64,000 nt of DNA from Orbicella franksi (taxonomy: Eukaryota). The notes below the pieces were generated by a model, which did no database searches, was not told the origin of the DNA, and worked only from the letters and a program-made list of their open reading frames with translations. The DNA lies in contig OZ116700.1 of assembly GCA_964199315.1 (NCBI GenBank), forward strand, positions 4,030,001 to 4,094,000, written 5' to 3'. Each line of letters opens with the position of its first letter. Position 1 is the first letter of the stretch. Of this stretch, positions 50,660 through 64,000 are shown one piece after another. Position numbers and translations under genes: made by a program.

Positions 50660-53434
50660 AGCTAGTTCTGAATTTCTTTACGACTTCGAACAGCTTGAAT
50701 CCTTTTCTCTACAGCAATATGCCAAATCAGCACGTGATCTTCTTGTCAAGCTCACAGAGGAACCTGGGAAAACGCTTGAAGGAAAGCGTCAAGTCATCGC
50801 GCTTTGTTCCAAGGTTGTTACACAATAAACAGGAGTATTTTCTTATTTCACTCTGTCGCTTCTTTCAGCTCTCTTCCAGGCGTTCAGTTAGTTTGAGAGA
50901 AGCGCGAAAACACAGCGGAGCGAAAAAGGGAGAGAGTCTTTCTTGGTGCGAGGAGCGATCGAAGACGGGAGGTTATCAGCATACCAGCGGAATGTGGCAT
51001 TCTCTGCGTTACAAATACGTCAATAAACGGCCATATATTGAGCTTGGGTCGCCTGCGGTTTTGATCTTCTGCGCTGCACAATTTCTAGCCTGAAAGGGCC
51101 GAGAAGAAACTGGCTGAGAATGAAGTGGTCTCCCCTCCCATCTCTTCTGACCTCTTTCTTCCCGCTTTCTCTTCGCCCCACCCTCGACTAGAGAGCCTGT
51201 TCACAGGATACATTCATGGTCATGGGCTCGCCATGGCTTTTGTCAGCACCAGAGCATCCTTAAACTTGGTTGCTTATGAAGTTGTCTGTGGTTGACCCAA
51301 ACAACTAAAATATATAAATAAATAAATAACTTAATTTAAGTATCGAATGTACAAAGTACTGTAGTACTTATTGGGGACACTGTAAATAACTAAGTATTGA
51401 AAATAGGACACAGACTGCCCAGTTGGCTGTTCTTACACAACGCGGGTCGAGGAATTTAACTCAGGACTACCGAGAACAAATCCAGATAGCGGTAGGGTGG
51501 AGCCGACCAAGGTGTGTTCGACCAAGGCGAAGTACAGAGGAAACTCGGTTATTTTGGTCTTTTCTAGCTAAAAACATTTTAGGGCAGCCCGCACGTGACA
51601 TCTGGGCCCTTTTTTTGGCACGAAACGGCGGGTGCTTGATAAATAAATCAACCGTTACGGCCTTGGAGAAAGCCGCTGGTTAAAACAGTAATTCGGTATA
51701 AGCCCACTCAAAGTGTCGCCAGACAAGACCGACTTGGTGACAACGGAAAAGCCCTGAAGACCAGATTCAGTACAATTAACAACTCACAACGTTTTCAACT
51801 GCATCATAATTTATTAAACTAAGGTTACGAACATCTGACTGCAATTTTCCTCTTAATTTATTAGTATCTTTTTTTTTTCGTTTTTGTTTTTTCTGCGAGG
51901 ATGTCCAATGTTGACATCCCACTGTTTACGAATACTTTGACCCCACCGTCCCTTTCTCGCGACTGTGATGCGATTGTCGACTCGCGAAAGAACGAGACAA
52001 ACGAAAGAAGTGCTCTTTAAAGATCACACATGAAGCATGCAGGAAGACCAAATTACCAAGTGAAAAGGGCTGGTAAACCAGTGGTAAGCTTATCAGCAGA
52101 AAAATATAGATCAAACACTTCGACTGGAAGTTCAAAGCTACATTGCTAAGAAACATGGCTGACGTCGTCTGTTCGAGTGCAAACCATTTACAATGCATGT
52201 ATTCAAGTTCGTACAATTCGTCAGGGGTTCGTCACGCTATTTATGATCATTCTTGCCCATCTTCATTCCACAAATGTGATTGATGAAATCAAGGTTACAT
52301 AAGACGACTTCGCGTACAAATTGACCCCAACAAGTAATTGGCTTATCCAGGGGGGCGTCGGACAAGCCCCTCCGTCTCCCCCTCCCCGCTACCTTACATA
52401 TACGACCCAAACTGCCGAAAGTTGGTCTTACGTTTTAACCAGTTGCAAAGACCTCATTTCTCTTTAGACCAGCAAGCAGAAAATTAAATAGCGTAACCAA
52501 ACCCATATATACGGAAATAGGAATAGCACCAAAACAAACAGAACGTAATTCTGTAATTTTAACTCGCTTTAAAAAAAAATCCTTTTTACTCGGAGTGAAG
52601 TGTCTAAACACAAGATTGAGTAGGATAAGTTGAAGCGCAGACGCAAGTCGGTTTGTTATCGTTAGCGTTGACTGTTGGCTTTGGTAGCGTGACCGTAGTT
52701 CTCGCTGGTGTTATTTGACAAAATAATACTAACTTGCTGACTTCGTTTAACACAACAAACCGAGTAATTTGAACATGACGTTGGATCTTCGAAACCGAGT
52801 TAAGAACTGAAGATGGTACCATGCACGGAAAACAAAGGAAAAGTGTTTCCTTTTTCAAGGATTCTTAAAGTTGTTCTATCTACAATTTCAAGTGAATTGC
52901 GGGTAAGTCGCGCAAAGCTATGGTATGCACAACCAGCCTGGCATAAGATGAACAGAAACTTGGTATCAGACCCAGTCCTGAACAGTTTTGTTTGAGAGGA
53001 GATCTGGGTGAAATGAAAGAACTCCACAAGTAGCACTTGTCTGTGTTTAAATCTCGCATGCCACGAGAACGGACAGCACTCGAAAGGGTTCTTGGGAACG
53101 GTATGAAAAAGCCTGGTAAAGAAAGTGTTGCTAAGAACGGTTGCAGTTCAACCAGAAGAGATTTTAAGTATTTCGTGAGGAACATGCTTCGGAATTCGAA
53201 AGTAACACCGTGACATCAGAATCTGACTATAGGATGTAACAACACTTTTTTTTGTCCTAAAATTAGGATATGAACACCTGTATTACTTTTAACGAAATAT
53301 AAACTAACATATTCAAGCCCAGACAAATGCTGCGACTTTGCTACCCAACTGGCAAACCCAATAACTTAGTAAGATTATAAATTAAGAGCAACAACAGGGT
53401 AGCGACAAACAAAGCGTTCTCTAAGTCGGGGGTC

Positions 53435-56400
53435 TTACAGCAAGCCTTTGGGACCCTTACACACGGGAATGTAGCAAGGAGCGCTGGGATCCAGACCACT
53501 GCCGGACAGCTCGATATGATTTGGGGAGATGAGATGATTGGAAGCAAAGCGCGGAACTCCAGGGGAATCCCCGGTAGTGTAGGTAGTGGTAGCGGGCATG
53601 ACAGCCATCACCTCGGCGATCTTCAGCTTCAAGGTTTCGATCTCTCGATCTTTTGTCTTGAGGTTCGCCTGCGCTATCTCCAACTGCCTGCGCGTGTCGC
53701 CTAAAGCCGAGAACAGGTCCAACTTCAAGCGCGTCTCGGAACTCAAACTGTTCTCTAGATGAGTGTTCTTGCCCTGCATGGTTGTCAGTGCAGACATAAG
53801 CACCTCCGTCTCTTTCTTTAACTGCATGCTATCATATTCCCTGGTCTTTTGTCGCAGCGTTTCAGCCTCCTTGTCGACTCGCTTGATTTCCTCTTCTTTC
53901 TCTTGCAGCAAAGCACGCAGCTGACGACTGTCTTCCTCCAGTTCGTTCCTGAGTGCGTTACACGCCTCATGACCTGTCGTTTCTTCGCGCTGTTTCGCGG
54001 CCGCGTCCTCGGCTTTCTGTCGTCTGCGCTCCTCTCGTAGCTGACTCTCCGCCAAAAGCCGAGCATCTCGCTCAGTTTTTAGTTTACGTTCCAGAGAAGA
54101 GATGTTATTACGATCTTGCTGCCGTGCTGAGGACATGGTTTGAAGTCTGCGGAGAAAAACACGGATGATTTAAGTTTCAATTCAACACGACGCTAATATT
54201 TTACAGTCGAACCTCCCGTAAGCTACCACCCAAAATGTCAAGCCTATGTGGTCGCTTACGGGAGGTGGTCGCTTACCAGAGCTTAGAACTGCATATTAGG
54301 TCAAAATGTTGCCTCATTAACATATGGTAATTTTTAAGACATTTAGGTCGTCTCTTTTAAGACTGATAAAGTACAGTGTATGTGCGTTTTATCTTTAAAT
54401 TTTCAATGTTTTATTCATGTGAAAAATCAATTTCGAGAAAAAATCCGGTACTACCCAGGAATGCAATAATGTTACAACACCTTATTATCCAATTTTCGCA
54501 CTATTATCTGTCAAGTATTATTTGTCGCTTACGGGAGGTTAAAAACAAAAGAAAATTTCAAACTTTCAGCTCTAAAAGGGGTCGCGGTCGCTTACGAGAG
54601 GTGGTCGCTTACAAGAGGTTCCAAATATAGTGATTTGACAGGGAAACTTTTGGTATTTTGGAAAACTGGTCGCTGACGAGAGGTGGTCGCAACCGGAGGT
54701 TGCACTGTAGTTAGATAACAAAACGCACCAGGATCTTTGTATTTACAAGAGAGGGTAAGAAAAGCTGGGAGAACGGTTTGACTGTAAGTACCAATAACAT
54801 TACACTCGGACATATCTTATTTGTTGGTGTGAATCAAGGGCCAGCGGTTAATTAGTTGTACAACTATTAAGTGTAANNNNNNNNNNNNNNNNNNNNNNNN
54901 NNNNNNNNNNNNNNNNNNNNNNNNNNNNNNNNNNNNNNNNNNNNNNNNNNNNNNNNNNNNNNNNNNNNNNNNNNNNNNNNNNNNNNNNNNNNNNNNNNNN
55001 NNNNNNNNNNNNNNNNNNNNNNNNNNNNNNNNNNNNNNNNNNNNNNNNNNNNNNNNNTGTATAACCTCGCACTCGGACTTCAGCTGCTGCAGTTCAACCT
55101 TAGTAGATCGTTCGCTGGCCATCAAACTGTGCATGGTGGATCTCAGCTCCTGTTCGCCTTGTCGACTGGTCTGCAGCTCCACTCTCAGTCGTTTACTATC
55201 ATTCTCTAGTTGGGTTACATTGCTCTCAGCCCGACGACTGAAACAGAAAAAGAAACACTTGCAATGACACACTAAAAACAAACATACCTGCCAGAGAAAG
55301 TTTACATAAATAGATAGATAAGAAGCAAGGTTGAAGTAATTTAGTCACCTTTTCGACACATTTACGTTGGTTGGTGAAAAAACCCACCGCAAAACCGAGT
55401 TTATACCTCGGGAGGCAGCAAAGTCTAGGTGACTACACGTCTCTTTGTTAAACTACTAGGACTACATGTACCCGTGTTTGGAGACGACTAAGAGCGACGG
55501 AAATTGTGCATTATCAGTGGGAAAAAAACATAAAGATCTCAGAAAAAAAAACTACCGTCATCAGCATTACATGACTCTTCTTTCTGCACACCACGCAATC
55601 TTTTCGTGGGAGACGACGTTGTCGTGACGAATCCGAAAAGTGCATGCTGCGATCAGCGTAACGGTAATGTGACAACTGAACAGCAATACGTTACTGATAA
55701 ATTTAGAAACCCTAGGGCACCCTCTGTAAAAAGAACAATCACGCAAGTGAAGCATAATGCAACTCCCCACCCCCATCCCCTCTAACCCCCCCAAAACAGA
55801 CGAATCAAGTGAATGTAAGTAACCACGTTTACAAGAAACATAAAATTCTGGAGACATAAAAAACTACTGGTAATTGCAACATGCTTACCGTAGCAGCCTC
55901 TCCTCCTTCAGTTGAGCGGAGAGACTAGGTCCAAGGTCAACAGACTGAGATTTCTCATGTCCCTGTAGAGAGGAAAAAAGACCAAGTGAAATAGTCTGAG
56001 AAACACTGAAGAAAAAAAGAACAAAATGAATTCAATCGACAACAATACGGCACGTACCTTGGGTGAGTTGCTCCTACTATTCTTTCGACTGTTGTTAATG
56101 GAGCTACTGGACGCACTCAAAGAATCGCTGTCAGACTCGTCATTGTCGTCATCATCATTATGATCATCGTAGTCTTTCAACTTTTCACTTGCTTTTGTGG
56201 CATTTTTCTTGGAAGACTTTCCAAACACACCGCTGAATGTAGTACGGTTCTGTTGTCCCCCTCTACTGTTCTTTTGACTTGCTTCCAGAGACAGTTTATC
56301 AAGTTCATTTAAGTTATGGTCCTCACTTGTCTTTTTTGATGCGAGATTTGAAAGTACATCTAGATCTTTCAGTGCATTCCCTTTCAAAGCGGGCCTTGAT

Positions 56401-59400
56401 TCTAGATCACTTAGTTTTAAGCCGCGCCGACTGGCCTCCTTGGCTATAAACAGTTCTAGGTCGGTCTTTGTGTTTATCCCATTTGTCATAACAGGTAGAG
56501 ACCGTCCTCTTGGTAACGCAACATCTCCATTTGCAACTTTACCATTACATATAGCTAGATTGAGGCAATAAAAAACAAATCAAAGTCAATAGCACAGAGC
56601 AGTAAGCAGCAGTTTGTAAATATTTTAAAAGACAAAATCTTTGCACGTGATATATCAGTTAACATCCTATTCCCTGGAAATAAACAGGCCTTTTACAACA
56701 ATTGGTCACGCAATCGATTATCCAACATGTATAACTTGTGCTGAAGCTTTATCATTTGAAAAGAGCAGGTTTTAATTAACACAAATACTAATTTTCTGAA
56801 CAATTAACCCTGTCTAAACAAAAACCATCGTCGCTATATTATTGTAACTACGGGTAATCAGAATAGTGTACATCAGACAATTAACCATACGGGAATAATT
56901 CCAGCCAGTAAACAGCAAGGGAAGAACTTATGGCGGTTTTAAATTTTGAAAGATTCTTAAGGAAAAGTGCTAGAGTCCGACTGGGCAGCAACGTTTGTTC
57001 TTCCAATACAAATCCTTCTCCTATGTGAGTTGCTTTCATGTTCAACTTCATGGCAAGTAGATTATGAATGTGACCAACTATTAAGGTTTATGACAATAGG
57101 CCATGTTCGTATTCTCGGTATTGGACTGGAACTAGCATGTAACTGAGGCTAATGTGGGAAGTCATTTCAAATGCAAATGACATCAATCTTTTTTAATGAT
57201 ATTCCCCTTTGCAAGCTACTTCCATTGCCTTAGACTGCCTCCCTGCTGCCTCCATTGCAAGCTACTTCCAGTCCAATACCAAGAATACAAATATGGCTTA
57301 GGCTCTCTTCAGATGAGCCTGGTAACTGAGCTGGCTTGGTTACTGGGACAAATTTTGCTGTCTGTTCAAATGGGAAATTTCAGCCCGGTCAACCTGGATG
57401 AAATTCAAGAAACAAAAACCAAAACGGTGCCACATAAAGTTGTTGGAAATATATGTATACAAGGCAAACATTGTGCCATTTTAGCTGCTAAGTTGCAAAA
57501 GCAAAGCTATTCTGTTGAACAAGTTTTGCCCCAGTTACCCAAGCTGGAGAGTTCATATTGGATAATGCAGCAATCTCCAACTTTCAACAACAGGTTTCTG
57601 CCACCTGAACATTCATGTCTGCTTCACAGTTGTTCCATTGGATAAGCTATTTTGCAGCATCATATTAAAATTAGTCATGTTTAATTATTCACGCATTTAG
57701 CAGTCTCTACCTCTAGATGGTCTTTCTGGTGCCTCCGAATGGTTGTTCGTCTCAGGAGGCAATGCAAGGTTTATAAGCTGCATATAAAACTCATTCTCCT
57801 TTGCTACATGCTGCACTCGTCGCTGTAAACATAATGCAAAAGAATGAATAGATTTAAATAACTGCTCTGATAAGCGCAAAAACACAGCTGCAGGTCAAAG
57901 GGTCACCTGACATACAATAATTTGGGTTTCATATGGGTTCCAGTTTCCCACTGGTTATTGCAAATCAAAACAAGGATTTTTGTTCTGGTCTTCAAATTTT
58001 CATGTCATCTCTGATCAATTAACGGAACAAATGCATGGCAACATGGAATCTATTTAACCTTACTTCACTTACTTCACTGAAACTCTAGATTTAATTCTGA
58101 AAGTTATTCTCATTTGTCAAATCAAACCCCTCAGCCATGAACATAATAAAAGTTACACCACACATGCACAAACCTAATTGATCCTAATCTTTTAAAAAAT
58201 CATTCTTACCTGACGCATTTTATAGCCTACATAACTTTTAACACCATAGCCAAGTGTAACCACGGGATAACCAATACTGCAAAAATGAATAGACCAAAGT
58301 GATGTACTTCGAGTCAAACAGGGGTGGCAATTGGCCAAGACAATACCAATAACCTGGTTTGCAGGATAAGAGGAAGTTTTCCCTGAATAAGTTTGATACG
58401 AAAAATTATTTATGATAAACATGAATATAGCAGTTGCTACACTTTTAGTGGAGAAAGCAAAAAGCTGAAAACTGATACTTTAATACACCTTAACCTCCAG
58501 TTTTTAGAAACAAAATCTGTGACTTTCATAGTGAAAGAATGAACCTTATGATCATAAGCAAACATGCAAGATGAACTAATCCTATGTTGCAAGTGAGTAC
58601 CTGGGTGGGGAAGTTTGGGCTATCTTGCCCACACAGGATTATATGCTGCTTCCTGTGAAAAATTATGCTCTTTATGCATTTTATAATAAATCTTTTGTTC
58701 ACCAAGGTTGCTTGGTCAAGATGGAATATTGGCATCATTCTATGGACTGTCAACAACCACAACCTGTAACACTTATAATGGCTGAGCATGACTGACAGGT
58801 CTTTGATGTTAATGATGAACTTTCCAGTTGCTGGTGTTATTCACCAACAATGTAAGAAGTTTATTTCAGGTGTACAGATCAAGGAAAAAGGTGAACTTTC
58901 CTGTTGTTGGTGTAATCCACCAACATTGTAGGAAGTTTATTTCAGGTGTAAAGATCAAGGAAAAAGGTGACTTAAAACTTAACAATAGTCCTGATTCTGT
59001 TTATTTTTTTACCGACATTTATGGACCTCAAGTGTGTCTTAACCCAAAACCTCACACACAGAAAAGAATGTGGCCAATATCCAGCCATCTTGACCTCACA
59101 CTAAGTCAATAGCCCATACATGGAGCTATCATGTTCTTGATTTTTTTGGAAAAGCCCTTGAGTAGATTGGCATCACTTTCTGTTTTTGTTTTCACCACTA
59201 AGAACATTATTAACAATTTCACAATCTTATGAATAATATCCTTTGCTAGTTCTCTCAGTTCTAGCTGATAGGATAATAGGGAGCTTAAGCAATGACAATG
59301 CTGCCAATAAGGATGATACCTAGTCAAAAATGAATTTACATTTTACAAGCGAAGTTTGCAATTGTCTAGATCTGTTCGGTATGCCAATGACACTAAAAAC

Positions 59401-62400
59401 ATGCTCAGGCTAAATATGCAACAACAGCATTCAATTCCAAGAGGAACGACGAAGAATTAGCTGTCATCGACCACGTTCCATAGACGACGCAGAACTTGGT
59501 CATTTCACGTTGCTGCTTTGCAGAGGACAGCAAAGAAATGTACAAAGATTTATAACGCATGTGCACAGCTATTGTTTTGTTCATTAAACCTTTTGTTTAG
59601 TGACTTTATCGTTGCCGCCGTTGTCGTGGTTTGCTTAAGCTCCCTAATTATAGAGCTAGCATAGAAGAAACTGGCAAAGGAAATTGTTTTAACAAATTGC
59701 TGTTTCATCAAATTGTTCAAATGAAAAGTTCAGGCCTGTTTTGCATGTGCTGGCCTCAAAATTTTGGAGTTGGACCACTCATAGCCAGAAGGCTTTAAAA
59801 TGATCTCTGTGAAGGGACCAATTCACTTTCACCATACCTTCTCCACCCAAGTGTTGACAGGCTAAAAATTTGTTTTTCTTGTTTCCTTATTGGCTGGCTT
59901 CAGACAGGGCAGGAGACAGGGCAGGAAAAAAATCCAGGTCCAGTTGCCCGTGGAAAGAAAATTTTGCTCTTAGGGAAGTGAAAATGGAATTTTCCTGGTC
60001 CAATGGGCAAGTGAAATTAGCCTCAGTAGTCTTTCTGGAGAAAATTTTCGATCAAAAACAATAAGGTGAGTTAAACAAAGAGTTAAAAGCATGGATCAAT
60101 AATACTTATTTAAAATCCCAACATGCTTTGCTCACTTTTGCCCTCCAATCGCCCTTCTGGCTGGATTAGTTGATAAGGCATGAACATTGCACACATAGTG
60201 GGGACAACTGAAAACTGAAATGTACTGGCCCACTGGGCAACTGAATTTCAATTTTTTTTTCCTGCCCTGTTCAGGTATAATGACTAAAACAGCCTTGAAA
60301 CTAGTACAGACAAAACAACTCTGAAAATTTTAGCAACAAAATAATTTTGAACACAGCTTAGGACATTCCAGGAAAAAACCCATGACCACCATGACAAAAA
60401 TAACATTGAACCCAGAAAATCAACTGAACAATCTAGCAATGTCCCTTTAGCATTACAATAAAGGTGAAAACAGTTTTGAACAGACAAAACAGGAATCATT
60501 GGAGTGTTTTTCATTTGAGTGTGGTATATAACCAAAACCAACGTAATCACTCTATCCAATCACAAAGCACACAGACAATACAGTGAACATATCAAAACTT
60601 GAAGTAATTACATGTAGCTGATGTGAAGCACAGCAAAATGTGAGCATGCAAGTGATGATTGGTTTTGGTTTTAGTTCGGATTGGATGAAAAGCTGGTGCA
60701 AGTTTCTTGAAGCCCATTGTGTAGCATAGTAATGCAAAATCATTACTTTTCAACACTAAAATGAAAACTCTAAACCAACATTTTTTGATTACTACCCCTA
60801 ACTATGTTCTCTGTCTTACGAGAACATGTATAACACGACATACTTGAAATTACCATAACATTAATAAGAAGTTGAATGATGAACAAATTGATGCTAGTTT
60901 TTATGTGTCTGTCCTCTTATTGATGATAAATTGCATCATAACATTGTCAAAGTGGCTGTGGAACCACGAGCCGTAGGCGAGTGGTTCCACAATGAACTTT
61001 TCACAATGTTATGACGAAATTTATCATGAATAAGAGGACAGACGCATAAAAAAACTGACGTCAATTTGTTTTTTACAATAACAAGACCCCAAAATGGTCC
61101 AATGCCGGGAATAAATGAGGGGCAAAGACGCCATAAAATTGCTGTAAACAAAGATAAGTGTATTTCATTCAAAATGACACAAGCTTTGTCAATAGCTTTC
61201 CTCGCTTTTTGATTGGCTACTTAAAATAGTCCATAAAATCTCATTGGTTAAAAAGTTGACAGTTTGACAGCTGAAAGTTGAACTTGAAAGCTTGCATAAA
61301 TTAAACTTTTATCTGCCTGTACTCTTATTGATGATAAATGAGCCAATCAGCGTGCGAGAAATTAGACAGTTATTGTAAAATGTACTTTTGCAAAACGATC
61401 ACCATAAACAAGCGGTGTTAGCTGGCATTGGGGCATAAATATCAGTTTGATCCAGAAATACACCAAGAAAATCCTTGGAACTGACTTTCCTATTATGTTA
61501 GTAAGCAGTTCATAATCTTTTGGTTGAAGATTGCGATGATGAAAATCAATGTGATTCATGAACAAGGTTTGAACAAAGAAACTCCCTGACAATCACAACA
61601 AAATACATTTAATAGGGCAAGAGATCTTTACATCTAAATCGATAGCTTTCTTGGTCCACTAGCCTGCATTTCCAAAGCAGATATATACATGAACTTGTCA
61701 ATGCACCTGTACTATCCACTGGACTATTAAGCTTTAATATTCTCTAGCCTAATGGCTCTTTTTAGACCAGCCATGACTGTCATAAGTGGCTGACAAAAAA
61801 ATGGCTTGCTAAGAATATAACTCAACCTTTATACGTGTTGAATATAAACCCAAGACTACAAGGAATTGATTCAGTCATTGAAACCCCATTTACAAGTACA
61901 TGCACTAAAAGAAAAATTGGCATGGCACTGCAAATTTCAGCACTGTGCCGCAGTAAGGCACCATCCATTTAAAAAACCCACAAGAGGTTTGCTCCTGTGT
62001 GGCGCAGTAACAATTTTTGCCTTGCACCATACATTTCCATCTATTTCCCTCGGTAAAGGTAATTCCAAATGTATTGTTTTGCCACAATTGTTCACNNNNN
62101 NNNNNNNNNNNNNNNNNNNNNNNNNNNNNNNNNNNNNNNNNNNNNNNNNNNNNNNNNNNNNNNNNNNNNNNNNNNNNNNNNNNNNNNNNNNNNNNNNNNN
62201 NNNNNNNNNNNNNNNNNNNNNNNNNNNNNTGAAGTGGCTCTTCATCCACTGCACTGGAATTTAGAAGTGTTGATTTTTGTGGAGGGAGGAAAACCGGAGA
62301 ACCTGGAGAAAAACCCTCGGAGCAAGGACGAGAACCAACAACAAACTCAACCCACATATGATGCCGGGTCCAGGAATCGAACTCAGGCCACATTGGTGGG

Positions 62401-63939
62401 AGGCGAGTGCTCTCACCACTGAGCCATCCCTGCTCCCCTTGGCATAGAACTCATGTTGAATGATCAAGGATAAAACAGATTGACATCTGAAAGAAATTGG
62501 GGACATTAAAGAGAAAGACTGGAGAAAAGAATGGTTTGTCACATGTATTTTACATCACTTTTTGGAGGGAAGAGGGTGGGGGGGGGGGGGGGTTCATGGG
62601 AGTATTGACTCTACTCTCTGGTCACCATGTTTGCAAAAAGTACTCATGCACCAAGTCCAGAATCACTTTCAAATGGCCAGGGATAGTACTAAAGAGGGTT
62701 AACACAAACATGATTTTTCACCTCAATTACCCAAGCTGAGACTAGTCTAGCCACCCCCTAAATTTTGGGCACTGGTGCCACATTACAACTGGACTGATAT
62801 ATTTATTTGTTGATAACTGGGAGTGCTGTGCTTTAAAATCGTGAGCACGGTGCTAAAAATTTCATGCGGCAACATGCAAATATGGTTTTATCAGACATTC
62901 TCAATTCATAGCCACTAAACTGAAGATGGAGGGCTAGCAACAGAATCATACAAGAAAGCAATTAAGCCTAGTAGTTCAAGGTATTGTCAAAGTTTTGACA
63001 AAGACATTAGTAAATTGACATGATTATATAAATGTCTTTGTAAAACTACTTGAGCTATACTTTGGAGTTGAAAAGTACATTTGGATTATCTTCTGTTTAG
63101 GAAAATGTAGAAAGTCCAAGCTAAAGAACTGTCAACTGTGCTTTTATTCTAGTTTTATCAGAATCACCTAAATTGAAAATGAACAATTTGGATCATGGTG
63201 GTTTTAATTAATAAATCGATGTAGAACAGGTTATTAAATAAAATAACCGGGAAAAAAGGTACAATGTACTAGTATTGCATTAAGATGAACCAACAACTAA
63301 ATGTAAAAAATTGTCATGAAAAAGTACAGACAATTTTGTTTTAACGATTTTTCAACAAGATAAAATCTCGGTGAGCCGTCATTTAAGAATTTTGGAAATA
63401 AACCGTAGTTTAATGATTAATCACTCGAAAAATGAGAACTCCCGATCATTCGCCTGGAAAATTGGCGCTAAAATTTTAGCGATCGCTAAAAAAAAGAGAT
63501 TTTATAACCAGGGAAATTACCCCAAGTTGATTTCTCAACCATAACTCACAAATATCGGAAGGAAATTTTCTTTGAAACGGCCTGACTCTCACTACAATAG
63601 AGCATTACTTCCGATACGAAAAAGAACCCTATTTTGCATGAAATAACCAGCTGTCTACAGAACATTTCAGGCTAGAATATCAATTAAGGCGTGCAATATC
63701 GGTTCGCTCCGAGGAACTGTTCATATATTTTTGCATTCAAAACCGAACTTTAACCAGCCTATAGTTCAATAAAAATACTTTATAGGCAATTCACTGGCCC
63801 CACACTTACCAATGAGCGGCAAACGGCCGGCACAGATCTAAATGAAAAGGCAGATTTTTGAGCTCGCGAAGACGAACGGACGCTTCCACATAGACAAACA
63901 GTAACCATAGGCTAACCGTTGGTAGGCATAAACCACGGT
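53435..63939 (-). CDS. MACO1: Macoilin (TMEM57); 3' seven exons, 5' exons lie beyond the right edge
   Basis: Exons 63810-63939, 58210-58276, 57711-57822, 56058-56554, 55889-55962, ~55050-55237 (donor inside the N gap), 53435-54146. Signatures: GLCLPTVSLWLLFVYVEASVR..HLDLCRPFAAHCIGYPVVTLGYGVKSYVGYKMR, KENEFYMQL, and the C-terminal coiled coil LMSALTTMQGKNTHLENSLSSETRLKLDLFSALGDTRRQLEI. Confidence 0.95.
54204..54707. mobile_element. Tc1/mariner-type MITE (same family as 26243, opposite orientation)
   Basis: TA|cagtcgaacctc ... gaggttgcactg|TA. Confidence 0.8.
54877..55057. other. Assembly gap (N run) that hides the donor end of a MACO1 exon
   Basis: N run. The exon reading ..KSECEVI enters the gap, and the next exon needs a phase-2 junction. 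Confidence 0.95.
58816..58967 (+). repeat. Two tandem copies of a 76-bp unit inside an interrupted MITE
   Basis: tgaactttcc(a/t)gttg...gatcaaggaaaaagg starts at 58816 and again at 58892. Confidence 0.9.
60901..61049. mobile_element. Palindromic MITE-like repeat; related copy at ~16200-16450
   Basis: ttatgtgtctgtcctcttatt..gtggaaccac-gagccgtaggcga-gtggttccac..aataagaggacagacgcataa. Confidence 0.7.
62096..62229. other. Assembly gap (N run)
   Basis: N run. Confidence 0.99.
62230..62437 (-). mobile_element. tRNA-derived SINE (second family); degenerate relative at ~38890-39020
   Basis: The minus strand begins gggagcagggatggctcagtggtgagagcactcgcctcccaccaatgtggcctgagttcgattcc (A and B boxes), followed by the body ..ggtttttctccagg... 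Confidence 0.85.
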
Positions 63940-64000
63940 CTGAAAATATCAAAACAGTCCATTATTAGACCAAAGGACGAAGAGATATTTAGCTGTAGTT

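Noticed and set aside
50622-51093. Short plus-strand ORFs upstream of SOD1
   Set aside because: They overlap the SOD1 5' UTR/promoter and a repeat; no splice chain or known motif.
52600-53340. Several 60-100 aa ORFs downstream of the MACO1 stop
   Set aside because: Most simply the MACO1 3' UTR or intergenic sequence; no coding signature.

Overview
Eukaryotic, intron-rich, AT-rich animal DNA. The gene structures and repeat families suggest a cnidarian, probably a stony coral (inference, not proven). Exon chains were assembled by hand with consistent phases and GT-AG sites. Genes, left to right: (1) cation-independent mannose-6-phosphate receptor IGF2R on the minus strand, 14 exons covering MRH domains 1 to about 9, running off the left edge; (2) a repeat-dense island (about 18.3-26.8 kb) holding a 10-finger C2H2 zinc-finger ORF, several Penelope-like retroelement pieces with hammerhead-ribozyme-like motifs, and a near-perfect 48-bp hairpin; (3) MYCBP (minus), with a U12-type intron, head-to-head with (4) a C5orf63-type glutaredoxin-like gene (plus); (5) a five-exon SOD1 paralog (minus) whose copper site is rewritten (H48L, H120C, R143C) while the zinc site is intact; (6) a ~2.8-kb foldback element; (7) a canonical Cu/Zn SOD1 (minus); (8) macoilin MACO1/TMEM57 (minus), running off the right edge. 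There are many MITEs, SINEs and one LINE fragment, plus two N gaps. The most interesting observations are the intact but probably non-dismutase SOD1 paralog beside SOD1 and a glutaredoxin-like gene, and an apparent shift of the mannose-6-phosphate-binding signature from IGF2R domain 9 to domain 8.
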